Below are positions 23,127-36,562 of a stretch of 64,000 nt of DNA, piece by piece (positions within the stretch are counted from its first letter, which is position 1; each line of letters opens with the position of its first letter). Source of the DNA: Microthyrium microscopicum (lineage: Eukaryota); assembly GCA_010405405.1 (NCBI GenBank), contig MU004238.1, forward strand, positions 1,189,530 to 1,253,529, given 5' to 3'. The notes under the pieces are model-generated. The model had not been told where the DNA came from, did no database searches, and worked only from the letters and a program-made list of their open reading frames with translations. A program made the translations under genes and the position numbers.

Positions 23127-23669
23127 AAATAGAATATTCAATGTAAGGCCATCAGATGACAAAGTCTTTGCATAATTCTTTCACAATACAATTGTCCTGT
23201 GCTTCGTGTGTCATGGCATACTACGTTATACCGTACCACGTATAGAGTGCCGTACAGGCAACAGCAGTATACGTTACTAGCGACATAATTACGTACACGA
23301 AACTATCAAGAATAGGTTACCTTGCTACCTCTCAACCTGTAAGCAAGCTTTGAAAACTGTCCATGTTCTGTTCATCAGTTCTCGTTGAAGCTGAACAGAT
23401 TAATTCAATACTTGAAATTGGTCGAGTTTTGTGTCTACCGTATCCTTTTTTACCCCAATTCGACGAAGAATAAGTACCCCTTTCGAAATACTTGAAGAAA
23501 CTTACCAAGTCGTCATTTGTCTCTTGGGTCGGCACTACCGCAAGAGGTAGATCAGCACAGAGAATGACAGAACGACCCTGTCAAACTTTTGAAAATCGAA
23601 CATTTAGAAGTCGCTAACCTCAAAGACAAATAACCTTCTGTCACTTCTGGAAGAATTATTATCGTTATC

Positions 23670-24892
23670 ATGGCTATCTTTCAACTGCTTGCCCTCATGG
23701 TGTTGACATGGGGAGTCATTGCGTCCAATTACTCCCTCCAAATGGCACAAAGTATCATGTCCAGACAACATGGTATCCTCAAAATCCCGTCTGACATCCT
23801 CAACACCGGGGTCACTCAAAAGGCATTTCGAAAAGTTGTACAGCTATACCCGGACCACCCGCTCACGCCCGCAATTGAAGACTACATCCAGAAGAGCGTA
23901 GACTCAACATTGGAAACCCTGGCAGATCCGCAAAACGATACAAAACTACCGTTAGACCGCCTCTCGAATGGCAATGAACTCATAAATCTCTTTAAACAGA
24001 CCACAAATTTCACATACAAGGATACAATCCTAGCACTACGTGACTCCATTGATTATCAACCCAGAAACTCGGAAAACGGCCTTTGGTACTATATCTACCC
24101 CAACTGGTCATATCTCGACGGCATGTACTCTTTCGGACCATTCCAAGCAGACTACATCAAGTACTTCGGGGACTGGCTCGGCACCAAAAGCCTGGACCTC
24201 CTGGACCAGTTCTATCTGCTGAGGGAACACTGCAAGCACAACAACACCGGCCTTTTAGTCCACGGCTACGATGAATCCAAAAAAGCGGTCTGGGCTAATC
24301 CAAACACTGGGGCAAGTCCACATGTCTGGGGCCGCAGCTTGGGTTGGTATCTTACGGCTTTGGTGGATACACTGGAAGTCTTCCCGTTTCCTCCACACTC
24401 CCCACAACATGACTCTTTCAAATCGCTACTTAACAACGTCGCTTCTGCTGTGATGACAGCGACTGATCCGGCGTCTGGACTCTGGTGGCAGGTTATGGAT
24501 TCACCCGGAAAAGAGGGAAACTATATTGAGTCTAGCGGCAGTGCCATGTTCATCTATGCGCTGTTCAAGGGTGCAAGGCTAGGATATTTGGATGCTCCTG
24601 TAAGGGCCAAAGGTATCGCGAAGAGGGGTTATGAGAATCTAGTTGATAGATTTGTTGTGCGGAATGATAACGGGACGCTGGGATGGAATGGTACTGTTGC
24701 GGTGTGCAGTTTGAACTCTACTGCATCCTATGAGGTATGTTTGTCTAGTTAAAACTGACGGGGTCGTTTTTGCTAATGAGGAGGCAGTATTATGTTGGAC
24801 AACCTATACTCTATAATAGTCCTTTGGGTGAGGGCGCGTTTGTGTTGGCATCAGTGGAGTATGAGATGTTTGATAATGGTAATTTGAGTTGA
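23670..24892 (+). CDS. Secreted glycoside hydrolase family 105 (GH88/105; unsaturated rhamnogalacturonyl hydrolase YteR-like), 2 exons (intron 24735-24787)
   Basis: Signal peptide. Motifs WSYLDGMYS, GLLVHGYDES, WGRSLGWY, GLWWQVMD, NYIESSGSAMF and VCSLNSTASYE|YYV. Confidence 0.93.
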
Positions 24893-24964
24893 GAAAGGAA
24901 CATTCGATGAATCGATATACTTCATTACCAAGACCAGCTTCTAGGCCATATTAGAAAGCCATCT

Positions 24965-26777
24965 CTAAAGCTCTTCTGATACAGGTCTAGCTACAGGAAC
25001 CTCGAACCGTTTATGACCAGTGATAAACCAATCTATCAAAGCTGCCACGATAACAGCTCCAATAAGAGGCCCAGCATAGTTGAAGTTGTTTGCTGTGACT
25101 GGCAATTCAATCGGGAACGGCATCCATATTATAACGAAGCAAAGATAGCAAAGTGCTAGCATGTTGATTGGAATCCCCCAGCGTCCAAGCGAAAAAGGAC
25201 CAAATGACACTGGTGGCCCACGTAGTTTCCGAAGTAGGAAGAACAAGATTGGAATAACGTACGAGATGTGAAGCCCGATTGCAGAGAGTGAGATTATGGC
25301 GTTGTAGGCTGTAGATGATCCGATATAAATCAGCGATAGGATAAAGGTGATGACAGATATTAATCCGAGAGCGTTGAGAGGCATCTTGAACCGTGGGCTC
25401 ACCTTGATTAGGATTAGAGATAGCTCATTCGACAGAGTGATTACGTACCCGAGAAAAAAAAGTATGGAACGGTAGCCCATGATCCCTTGCAAAAGCCCAC
25501 GTCAAGCGCGAAACTGATGCAAAAACATTAATCATAGCCACAAAGATGATAATGCAAAGCATAGCGACTAGGAAATTGGTCGCGGGTTTAGACTTGGTAG
25601 CCTGATAGTAAACTTCGATAATTGGTAATCCAGTTGGACTGTTCGCGACTTGGTCGACGTTGCCAATGCTGTATAGCAGACAAATAACGAACGCAAATTG
25701 CATTATAGCATTAGAAATGGTGGAAGTGATGATACTGTATGGAACTCGTTTTCTGACACCTTTGACCTCGTCACCTACAATTGTTAGACTGAAAGACCTT
25801 GATATGTTCGAGGAACTTACTCATGTGAAGGAGACCATCAGCCCCTGAGATGGGATATGTTACAGTCAACAAACCTATGCCGAAAGCGACGCCTGGATTG
25901 GTCCAGCCGCTAAGGTCGTTTGTAAGGGTGTTCCAGACATAATCATTTGAGCTTCGTACGGCGAGAACAGGCAAAAGGACGATATTAACGATGAAAAAGA
26001 CAATGTGAATAACACCCCCAACAGTTTCCAGGGTGTTGATGACCTTTCGAAACCATATGTTGAATACAACAGGTACAATGATAAAGAGCCACATGAACAT
26101 GGCTGTATGCCAGCGCTTTGGGCTATATGTCTCGTCGTTGAATATCATCAAGGCAGTGATCATGTTGGCCAAAGCAGCAGGATTCGCAGCAGCAGTGAAG
26201 ATCCAGGCAGCAGTAGTTATCCAGCCTGATTGAGTTCAATGAGAATTTGGAGAGTTGACAGGCAGATCACATACCTTGAATCAAGCCCCAGAATCTAGGT
26301 GCTGATCTAGCAAATCTGGCTGACCAGCGGTATTGAGCTCCAACCGTTGGATCCCTATATCGCTGTGAGTATGGAATGTGGCATACTGCTAGGAGAATCA
26401 ACAAACATGGACGCCATTTCAGCCAGTGATAACGCGACAAAACTGGCCCCAAAACCAGCGAAAATACCTCCGTATACCATGGATGCCGGGCCACCATTGA
26501 GGAGCGAGAACTGAAAGTTGATTGCAATGGCTTCCCATGCTGATTGAAGGATAACTTCGAAGTTGAACACCGAAGGCAGGTTGATATATCGCTAAAGATG
26601 GTGAGTATCCCCATTGATATATTGAGTGGATGTTTTTAAACAAACCTCGAGCGCTGAGGGCGGTGAATCTTGATCTAGCTGCTTCTCTTTGGTATCCAGA
26701 TCCGTGTCTTTTTCTATTGGTGTTTCTGGATCACGTTGGTATATCTTCGAAGCAGCCATTTCCTTGATGGAAGACAT
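24965..26777 (-). CDS. APC-family amino acid / choline / GABA permease, multi-exon
   Basis: Motifs QSAWEA, NGGPASMVYG, SLAEMAS, PTVGAQYRW, SGWTNPGVAF, SRLTWAFARDHGLPF and NFNYAGP. Several short GT-AG introns join the ORF fragments. Confidence 0.92.
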
Positions 26778-27507
26778 AACTGGATGCAGTCGCCAAGGCC
26801 CAGGATACTTAGTATACCTGGTAAATCAGAACAAGGTAAGTCTTTTGTAAAGAACGAGCCTTGGCCCTTTGCGATAAGAAACGGGCCGTCCTGCTGTGTC
26901 TTTGCAACACTGATTTATGAAGTCAGGTCCTGGAGTGGCAGAGACGCTAATGATGTGATTTACGCAACTGGAGAGCAGCTACATGCAGCTCGAGCGGTGC
27001 ATATGTGAACCATACATCCAATGGGATTACGAGAACGATCAGTGTTACCAGTCGTACTAGTAAAACTAACACATATTGATGCATGTTTAATGAGGCAGAG
27101 ATTAGTCATATAAGGTGCATCCATATATCAGTTATCATGAAGAGCAAAACTCGCTTATGCATTTAGTCTTATATGACTGTTTTCCATGTTCGGTTGTCGT
27201 AACGGTCTGCAACTACAACTGTGTGATTTGATCAAACAAACTTGCCATGCATAAAACGCTGTCAATCGAGGTGGCAGACATACCTATGACTGGAACACAA
27301 TGCTCAGGTCGAACACAAGAGTATTCAGTCTCTAAAGCCTATTTGACTATACCGCATAAGTCACGGTACGAAAGTCAGATAGTCAACTAAACTGGGTATT
27401 GAGTCTGCCTAAGCAGTTGGCCTATGTTCACCATACATTGAAAGCCTCATTGTGACACCGAAGAAGCTAGCAGGAGCAAATCTCTGTTGCAAACGCTTTG
27501 CGCAAGA

Positions 27508-28655
27508 TCAATTCAGCAGATCATTGTCTGCCCGATCTGGAAGAATCCTTGCTTCTATTCTACGCATAATCTTGTTCGTTTGCTCTGCTAAACTGAGGGT
27601 GAGGATCTTGCAACGTTCTTGTTAGTTCTGGTTTCTGATTTTAGGTTGTGAGAACATACCGTATGTGGCCATATCCGCGCTAGATGGGCGAAAAACCCCT
27701 TGTATAGCGCAAACACACCCTCCGTACTCACTGTTCGATATAAACAGTCGAAAGCACTCTTATATAACGTCCCCGTTTGGTTGTACATGCGGCTCATAAT
27801 CGTGTCTGGTGGATGCATAACACAGCAAACCACAAAGCCTGATACTGTGCTGCTAAGAAGATGCGCCGCCGGTCCATCCTGTACTCCGAATTTGTTGGCA
27901 AGTGTACGCTTGGCTAAAAAGTACGTAGGGAGCTGCACACTGCTGCCAAAACCAGTGCGCACCATGGCAGGCCCAACCCCTCGGTATAGGCCGCGTATGC
28001 CCTCCGAAGTGTATATTGACCGTAGCCCGTCCCATGCATTGCGGTAGTGATGTTGTGTGCCTACTGGAAGAACGGGAGAAAATGATTGTAGGCGCGTTTT
28101 TACGAGGAAGAAGGGAGAGCCGGCGGCGGCGCCAATGATGCCGGACGCTGCGCCGGAGAAGATGTTGACGCCTGCGGCTTGTTTTGTGGGATCGCCGTGT
28201 AGAGCTGTCGTAGTAGCTTTCCGAATGGGCTCGTAGAAACCAAGACGGCAGCCGTTGAGCATCATTTGGTATATGTACTAGAATCTCACTGTCAGCACAC
28301 TTGGCGCAACTTGTGGATCGCACATACTGCACAATTTAGACCTCTCATAAGCCCTTTGACCCCCTCATGCTTGAGAATGACGCTGTAGCCATGGAATACG
28401 CCACGATACATTCGCTTGACTTCCTTTTTCGATTGTAGTTCGCCCTGCAATTGTAACCTGTGTAAATCGAGTCCTTAGCGCGCAATTCGGAATCAAGGCA
28501 TGAATAGGCGCATACCGAATTTTGGTGGTTTCAAAGCCATGGGTTACTGTAACTGCTCCGCATGCTGCTATTCCGCCTGCAATGAAAGCTCTGTTTTGTT
28601 TGTTAGCTTTGCGCTGGCCTTGTCAAGGAGTAGCTTACCCAGCGGTAGTTGACAT
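27508..28655 (-). CDS. OAC1: Mitochondrial oxaloacetate/sulfate carrier, 5 exons
   Basis: MSTTAG|AFIAGGIAACGAVTVTHGFETTKIR|LQLQGEL...; YQMMLNGCRLGFYEPIR, SPFFLVKTRLQS, MHPPDTIMSRMYNQ, LARIWPHT|ILTL. Confidence 0.93.
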
Positions 28656-29521
28656 GGCAAAGTATTCGCACAGGGACCTCAGTCCCTCGTGCGTACGGTA
28701 AGAATGTTATTGAGGGTAGGCGACAACCACGCGCATCCCGAGTCAATAGGGACTCGAAAAGAGGGAAAAAGTTGTCGGGCGTAAGGACAGGCGTAGTGGG
28801 TGTTGAAGTTGAGAAAAAGTTTAGCTTACACTCTAGTAGCTAAACATTTTGGCATTGCAGCCGATGGTCGGAAGGGGACCGTCAGCCCGGCAAAATGTAG
28901 CCGCCAATCATCGCTTAGTGTGGGGTGCTTATTAAGTCATCAGGGTCTATATATATATATGTATTTCTTTGGATCATGTAAACTGCGTATGTATTATTGT
29001 GATCAATCTGTTCCGCGGCCTCTGGGCGCAAAGCTTGATACCACTATGGTTATAGAGCTCTGCGAGCTGGCAAAAGAAGGCAGGTTGCGCATTGGCAGGT
29101 CCATCTCTTGCACAACCAGAAACAAGCCTAAATCTCAAAATCAGATCTAGAAGTTTAAATCTGGACTACAGTGTACCAAACGAAAGCTATGAATGATCAT
29201 CATTATTATATCAGGAGAGCTACAGCACGTTGAACATCCCTGCAACATTGAGTACCCACGTTCCTGGTCGCAATAGCTCTGGTTGGATCCTCAACGCCAA
29301 GCTCTGTATCCGTACAGTACATCAGACATGCGAATCAAGATGTCACGATATCTTTCGCCCTGCCAAATATCTCCTTCTCTTTCATCATGCAACACCTTCC
29401 ACCTGTCAACCTGTGACACCCCAACCGACATCCGACTGATGTAGCCATCCCTTCCACAATTGAGTCCATCTAGGGGGCGTCTCGCTCCTTCCCGAGAGCT
29501 ATCTTCTCCCTGCAGAGCCTC

Positions 29522-31307
29522 ATGATGCTCCCTCTATCTCGCCAACCCTCTCCTCGCAATACACCCTCTCCCATGGCCCGCCCAGTACATAGCAACCCAG
29601 AACCATCTTCTCCGTCTCCCCGCGCCTCTATCGATTCCTATACCGACTCTCAACACCTCCTAGCCCACCCAGCAGCTTCCAACACCCTCAAACTCACGCC
29701 CCTCAACGGCCTCGCTCTTGTTCTCGGCCTACAAATCGGTTCTGGTATATTTTCCGCGCCTTCCACTGTCAGTCTACATGTCGCCTCGCCCGCCGAAGGA
29801 CTTGGTATCTGGCTTATCGGAGGCTTGCTCGCGTGGACCGGTGCCTCATCCTTTGTCGAGCTTGGACTTGCCGTACCACGCAATGGCGGTATCCAGGAAT
29901 ATTTGCAAGAATGTTATGGCGACTTCATGGCGTTTCTGTTCACGTGGACATGGGTAGTGATCGTGAAGCCGTGCGCCAATGCGGTCATTGCTACAGTGCT
30001 CGCAGACTATGCATGCTCGGCTGTGTTGCCAGGAAAGCAGGAGGCCGCGCAGGTGGTTACCAAGGCGGTGGGAGTGCTGGCGGTCGTTGCGATTTCGACG
30101 TTAAATTGTCTAGGTGCCAGGACAGGACCGCAGGCAGCGAATGGTTTTCTGGTGTTGAAGCTGGGCCTGGTACTATCGATCGTAGTGCTTGGACTAGCGT
30201 TTTGTGTGGGCAGAGGAGATGGGATCCCAAAGTCGAAGACAGGTTGGCTCGGGAGTGATCCATTAGAGGATAGGGTTATCTGGGTGAGGTTCGGGGATCT
30301 AGTAACAGCTCTATTTGCAGCGTTGTTCTGCTATGGAGGTTGGGAATCGGCAAGTTCTATTATGCATACCTGGATTGTGCTAACCGATTGAAAGATTGGA
30401 TTTGTCGTTGGTGATATGAAAGCTCCAACCAAGAATCTGCCTAGAGTATTACACTCGTCGATGACGATTACCATTTGTAGCTTCTTTGGACTTGTAGTGG
30501 CTCTGTATCTATGCCTTCCGATGGACAATATTCGAAGCCATACTACACTGGCAGCAGTAAGTAGGAAGTTCAGACCAATGACTATGCTAATAACATTAGG
30601 ATTTTGGTGAAAAGGTTCTAGGCCAGGTAGGCCGACGAGCGTATGCATTTGCAATCGCAATTTCTACTCTGGGCGCTCTCAATACCAACATATTTGCGAC
30701 GGCGAAGCTGTGCGAATCGGCCAGTCAAAGAGGGTACTTACCTGCTGTTCTAGCAAACCTTCATTTCGAGGATGAAGAGGATGAGATGCTTTATTATGAT
30801 AAAATCCTGCGAAAGTGGCCATTATTCCTCTCATATCCCATTATCAAGTTTGCTAAATCTACAGCCAAGCTTCGTATAACCGGACACATCCCGATGTAAG
30901 TTCATGATACCATAAATTTGCTTTCAAATGAGCTAATGCTACTCAGCTATGCTATTATGCTCAACGCCTTCATGGCAATCTTCTACGTCGTTGTAGGAAC
31001 ATTCAATGGCCTGGTTGTTTTCGTCGGTATAGCAGAATACTTCTTCTTCTTTTTCTGCGTATTGGGTGTCTTCGTCATCCGCGCTCGAAGAGCTCGAAAT
31101 TCCGAACCACATCTCTACCAAACTTGGACCATCAATCCTCTTATTTTCATTACTTTGAGCTCCCTCTTTGTGATTCGAGGACTTGTTGCGAATCCGTTGC
31201 AGGGCGTGGCTCTTTGCGCCGTGTCTTTGGTGGGCTGGATTGTGTTCTGGATCCGGTTTCCATCTCGACATCATCATACTAGCATTCGGGCTGAGCCACC
31301 AGCTTGA
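29522..31307 (+). CDS. L-type amino acid transporter (LAT/MUP1-like), 4 exons, first intron GC-AG (30350-30394)
   Basis: Motifs GLQIGSGIFSAP, SFVELGLAVPRNGG, YGGWES|IGFVVGDMKAPTKNLPR, and GALNTNIF. Confidence 0.92.
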
Positions 31308-32072
31308 CAGTCTAGCACTTGAAGGAGTCGATTCATGATTTATTTAGCGAAGGCGTTGGGAAGATAGGTTGTAGGGATACACCATGGGGTTGTTTACTAT
31401 ATGATACCAACTATAGCTGTCAATGCTTTCTGGACACACACGTTCGGTGCTATTGGGTTGAGCTTAAAATACCAATTCTGATACTGGAAGTTTTGGTGCC
31501 CAAATTAGAGTATGCTTTGTGGTTTCTCAATGTGTTTGTGGTTAAAAACACCCAGCTTGGCCTCCACTTACCTCCACCTCCAGGAAAACAAAGAAATCAC
31601 CTAGCACAATTGTACCTCGTAGCTGCTCACTTTTCAGGTGCAGTTGACAAAAAAGTCAGGGTCCGCATTACCATCACTCGCACCTGGTGACCTGATAAAA
31701 CTCTAGAGTAGACTAATGGAAAGTTAACCGACGAACTTTGTTCACTGGATACCTTAACCAGCTTCAGTGAATCTGATTTTCATTGAGCGTCCACGAAATA
31801 TTGTAAATCAATCTCTCAGCCTCATTATTTGATTCTCAGAAAACTTCAGCCTTGCCTTGTACCTGGTCGGCATTCAACAGCGCTTATTGGCTCCTGCGAC
31901 TATTGTTGCCCAAGATCCTCCCGCCTTCCTTGAACCTCACTCAACAGACCGAGCTACCACCAAACCATTCCTTAGCCCGGCAGCCTCCCACCGCCTCCCC
32001 TCTTTTGACCTCTTCTCTACATCGACACGACGCGGAACAATACGACTTCTTTAGCTCATCTCCCCCAAAAGC

Positions 32073-35000
32073 ATGGCAGAGCCCATAGCTAATCTCTCCG
32101 AAGCGGGTCTCATCCAGGCACTGGAAGTCGTCTACAATCCACGCTCCAAAAATGAGACCCGTCAAGAAGCCACCATCTTCCTCGATCAAGCCAAACAATC
32201 CCCCGAAGCACTCACCCATGGCTATTTGCTTGCCTCAGATTCCTCGCGGCCAGCAGTGTTGCGCCACTATGGCATGTCCATGATGCTCTTCTACCTCAAA
32301 CACGTCTACACCGGCGGCAACGAACAAGAACTAAAGGGATATGTTTTAAACCTGACCGAATCACTTCTCGAAAACGACCCCTCCTTCCTGAAAAATAAGG
32401 TGGTGCAAATATGGACCGAAGTGGCCAAGCGCATATGGGGTCAAGGTTGGGACAACATGGACGAACAACTCGTGAATCTCTGGAGATCTACGCTGTCGCA
32501 CAAGGAGTTCGTACTGCTAGCACTCGAGCAGTTGTCGGAGGATATATTCTCTCGTGAAGACTACGTAGCTGCGCTGCGGTCGGATCTAGGATCGTCATTT
32601 GCGCGCATATGTGTGACAGAAGCTGTGATGAAAGATCACTACCTTCCGGTACAGGATGCGCCCTTGTTACGGTCTGGCAAGGAGGGTTGGCTACAGCGTA
32701 TCTGTCTAGGACTGAATGCCTTTCTCGAACAGCATTCGCAGCAACCGCAGGATGCGCAGATACAGGCTTGTATCGTGCGGAGTCTCGGAGTTATACAGTC
32801 TTTCTGTGTTTGGATCTCGCCACAAGCCATAATAACATCACGATGTGTGGAGATGATAGGAAGCGCCTTTGCCTCTGGTGATACGGCGATGCGAATGGCG
32901 GCAATGGATGCGTTTATATCTATATTCAACCGAAATCGAGTCAACATCGAGACTGCTGAGATGGAAAAGATAATAGGTCCCATATTCAACCAAGGAAGCT
33001 TACAATTATTACACGAAGCGTATGGCTGGGCAAAAACAGCGGGTGCGGAGGAGGACGATGAAAAATACTCGTTCGCGAAGAAACTGTCAGAGGTAATTTG
33101 CCTGTCCACGCTTTGAGGCTCATCGGCTAACAATTCAGGTCCTCGCGTCTCTCGGTGTTCTCGTGGAAATCAATCCAGACGTCGTTGAAAAGACTGGGAA
33201 CCTCCCTCTTTTTTTCTCGTTACTCCTCGAAATCACCACACATCCTAGTCTCCTCGTCTCTCTACCTGTTCTTGACGTGTGGCTACGGCTTCTTCGTTCA
33301 CGAACTCCCCAATTTACCAATATCATTAATGAGTCCATGGGCGCTCTGTTGGAATTGTGCACCTCACGAGCTCTGAAATTCGATTCATTATCTGAAGATT
33401 CAGGCAATGCAACAGTAGCATTTCTTGCCTCAGATTGCGATACAGTCGCCCAGCGTGAACTCATCTTGGGTCAATATAGAACGGCGTGTGTTCATACCAT
33501 CGAAATAGTTGTACGCCGCGTGCCACTAGATGCGATGAAGCATATACTAGATGAGGCCGCGACCTTCTTCCACAGCCTTAGCTCTCGGCCCTTCTCCCGA
33601 GAGACTTATTCCAAGCCATCTCCAGAATCTTTACAAGCGGACACTCACTTCACAGCTATTGAAGCGGGATCCAGAGGTTGTCTAAAATGGCTGGCAACCC
33701 ACGTAGAAGCGAATAACGACTCGATGAATCAAGCTGTGGACGCAAAAGGCGCAAACATTGAGATTGCATTTGGTCAATGGTGCGATACAGCATTAACCAT
33801 TCCTATACAAGATCCAGATATCTCGCGAAAGATGATTGCTCAAATCGTTTCTTTAACATCAAAGGTGCTAAGCCGTTATCCTCAAACCGCGCTTACCATA
33901 CTCGATCGTTTATTGGATATTCGAGGCGACAAGAATCCGTCTTCACAATCTTTCAAAGACGCAACCAAAGAATTGCTCGAAACCTGCGCTTTTGGAGCGC
34001 AACGACTTGCCACAACTTTTGCAGATACGTTTCTCGGCATATATGATCAGCTGGAGAGCCGGATACAGCAGATTCTGAACGTTGAAGGCGCAGACTTGCA
34101 AACTAGATGGATGCCATTCATGCTCATGATCATACATCGAGCATCAAATCTGGATGCTGAAACCCGAACCGAAAAGTTAAGAAGAATGATACAACCTGTC
34201 AAAGAAGCATGGGAAAGTCCGGCGCTTCACACAGCTTTGACAGACTACTCGTCATTCTGCAACTACCTTGGATGGGATCGCCTTCCAGATTTCCTGCATC
34301 AGAACAATTTCTATAGCACCCAAGAATGGTCAGAGAAATCGCTCGGTGAGGATGGTTTGCGATTACAGCAAGACCTCTTAGATCGGAATGACCAGATACC
34401 AATCAAAATGACTAAAGCACTACTACATGCTACGACAGAAAAGCTGGAGGAGGGATCTCCTATCTTCGAGATCGCTTGCACTGTCTGGGGAGAAATCATG
34501 CCGGTCATTCTCCCAAATCTCCTCAAAATGCTCAGCTATGCAACCTCCTTCCATAGCAACGACCGATGGACATCATTTCCTGGAGAAATACAGGCCATCG
34601 TTCGTCGCATACTGACCGATCGCTTCTGGCAGAATGGAATCTCTGCCGAAAGTCGGGACGCTTTCGTGTCGAAAGTCAATAATACAAAGACAACCTTTGA
34701 AGGATTTGGCTCGACTGTAAGACGTACAGTACGGCAAATTCGGACAGGCGCTTGCGATCTCCTAATGTTCTTCTCGAAATTGGGAGATGTATTCTACGGT
34801 ATCCCAGAACTTGCGCCTCCGTTAAGCCAGGCTCTCTACGAAGGCGCAGCTAGTTTATCTGCACATCATTTTGCTGTGTTGATTACATTTTCCAGCAACA
34901 TGATCAAGGGATGCCCAACACCACTGCGCGCCCAATTCCTCCCACCAATTCTAGCGAATCTATTTCAACAACTCAAATTCAAAGTGGACACCGAATGGGA

Positions 35001-35736
35001 TGTCCTCAATCGACGAACCGAAGAAGGCTCTGCCGACGATAACCTCGACGACGAAATGAAGAACCAGAGTATCTTGCGATCAATGACATATAATGGCTGC
35101 TATCTGCTATTCACTCTGACCAACGCGGATCTATATAAAGGCGAAGATCCCACCCCCCTCTCGCTCATCACTACCGACGTCTCCATTCTCGAGCCAGTAC
35201 TCACATTTACTGCTTCTGCACTACGTGTGCGCGACTTTCACTCCGTCAAAAGCACCTGCGTCATCCTACACGACCGCATCATCCCTCTCTTCCGCGACCC
35301 CGGCGCTGTGCACGACTACATCTGCAATGACTTACTCAAAGCCGCCATTTCCTCAATCCACGAACCATACTTCGTCGACCTGCAAAAGGATCTTGCCAGC
35401 CTTATTGTACAAATAATCACCCTCGACTCGGACATTGCTGGCAACGTCATCGCCTCACTGCCTGGCCTATCTTCCCAGCCACTCAAAGTACACACTGCCT
35501 TAGAGCGCGTACGCACCAGCGGCAACGAGAAGATCGGGCGCGCTCTCGTGCTCGAACTTCTAGAGCATTTGCGCGGCGTGAGCATCCACGAGATGGGACG
35601 CATTGGCGGCCCCAAGAAGAGTCGAAATCAAGCTCGGCTGTTGCAGCAGTTTGACATGCAAGCAGAGCCAACGGCGGTGCAGATTGAGCGTGGAGGCAGT
35701 CCTGGGTTGGAAGGAGTAGCGGACTTGTTGCAGTAG
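32073..35736 (+). CDS. MSN5: Karyopherin / exportin-5 homolog, 2 exons (intron 33093-33138), ~1200 aa
   Basis: Importin-beta N-terminus QALEVVYNPRSKNETRQEA...RHYGM, EVAKRIW, LSEDIF, YSFAKKLSE, ILTDRFWQNGIS, IHEPYFVDLQKDLA. Confidence 0.9.
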
Positions 35737-36562
35737 ATCCGCGACTCGAATTTGCGGGAAAGGCAGGGATCGGAAGAGGAGCATGTTGGGCTCCATGAAA
35801 AGGACTGGAGATAGTGAAAAGTTATAGATGCGGGTTGTTGTTGTTGCTGTTGGCATTGCGACGATGGCGTTGGTGGTTGCTTCATTGTTGCTTTAAGCTT
35901 TGTATACCCATGTTATGGCACTTTGGTATGAAATAGTATAAACCAGCATTGTTCTTATTCTTTACTAGTCCTAGATGGCTCCTATCTAGGTGATGTTTGT
36001 AGTACTCGATCTGAACGTTGGTGAAGCAAGATATTGACAAAATAAGCCTCACGCTTCCTTGCAGTGCTATGCCCACTAGTACCACATGCTACGGTACACT
36101 ACGAGATGCTTTATGTCCTACGGAATCCTCAGACACACAGATACTATATCGAAAGCAATGGGAACTGTAGCATCTTTCATTTAAAAGCGTGGTCGGAGTC
36201 AACGTGGTCAACAGGAGCGCGCCATTATTTTGTCACTCACATGGCAGTTGGGAAGCTACACCGTAGTCAACCACCGTATCACATTCACAGTTGCCCGCAA
36301 TGTTAGCTCTTACTTCGATATTGCTTCCTACATGCAAGCAAAGCTATAATAACTACCGCTGCTATCCAGGTTGTGTTGAGTTCCTTCTCTCCGCCCAGCT
36401 GAGAGCCTACCAACGAAGTGACGACCTTTCGATGATCAGATATCTTTCCACTTGCGAGCTGCTGTGCATGAAGTGCGGTGGATAAACAAGCATCTTGTAT
36501 TAGACAAATGCTTTGATACACTCATCTTTGGCGGCCTATTTTTGGATACGGTAGGCTCAGTC

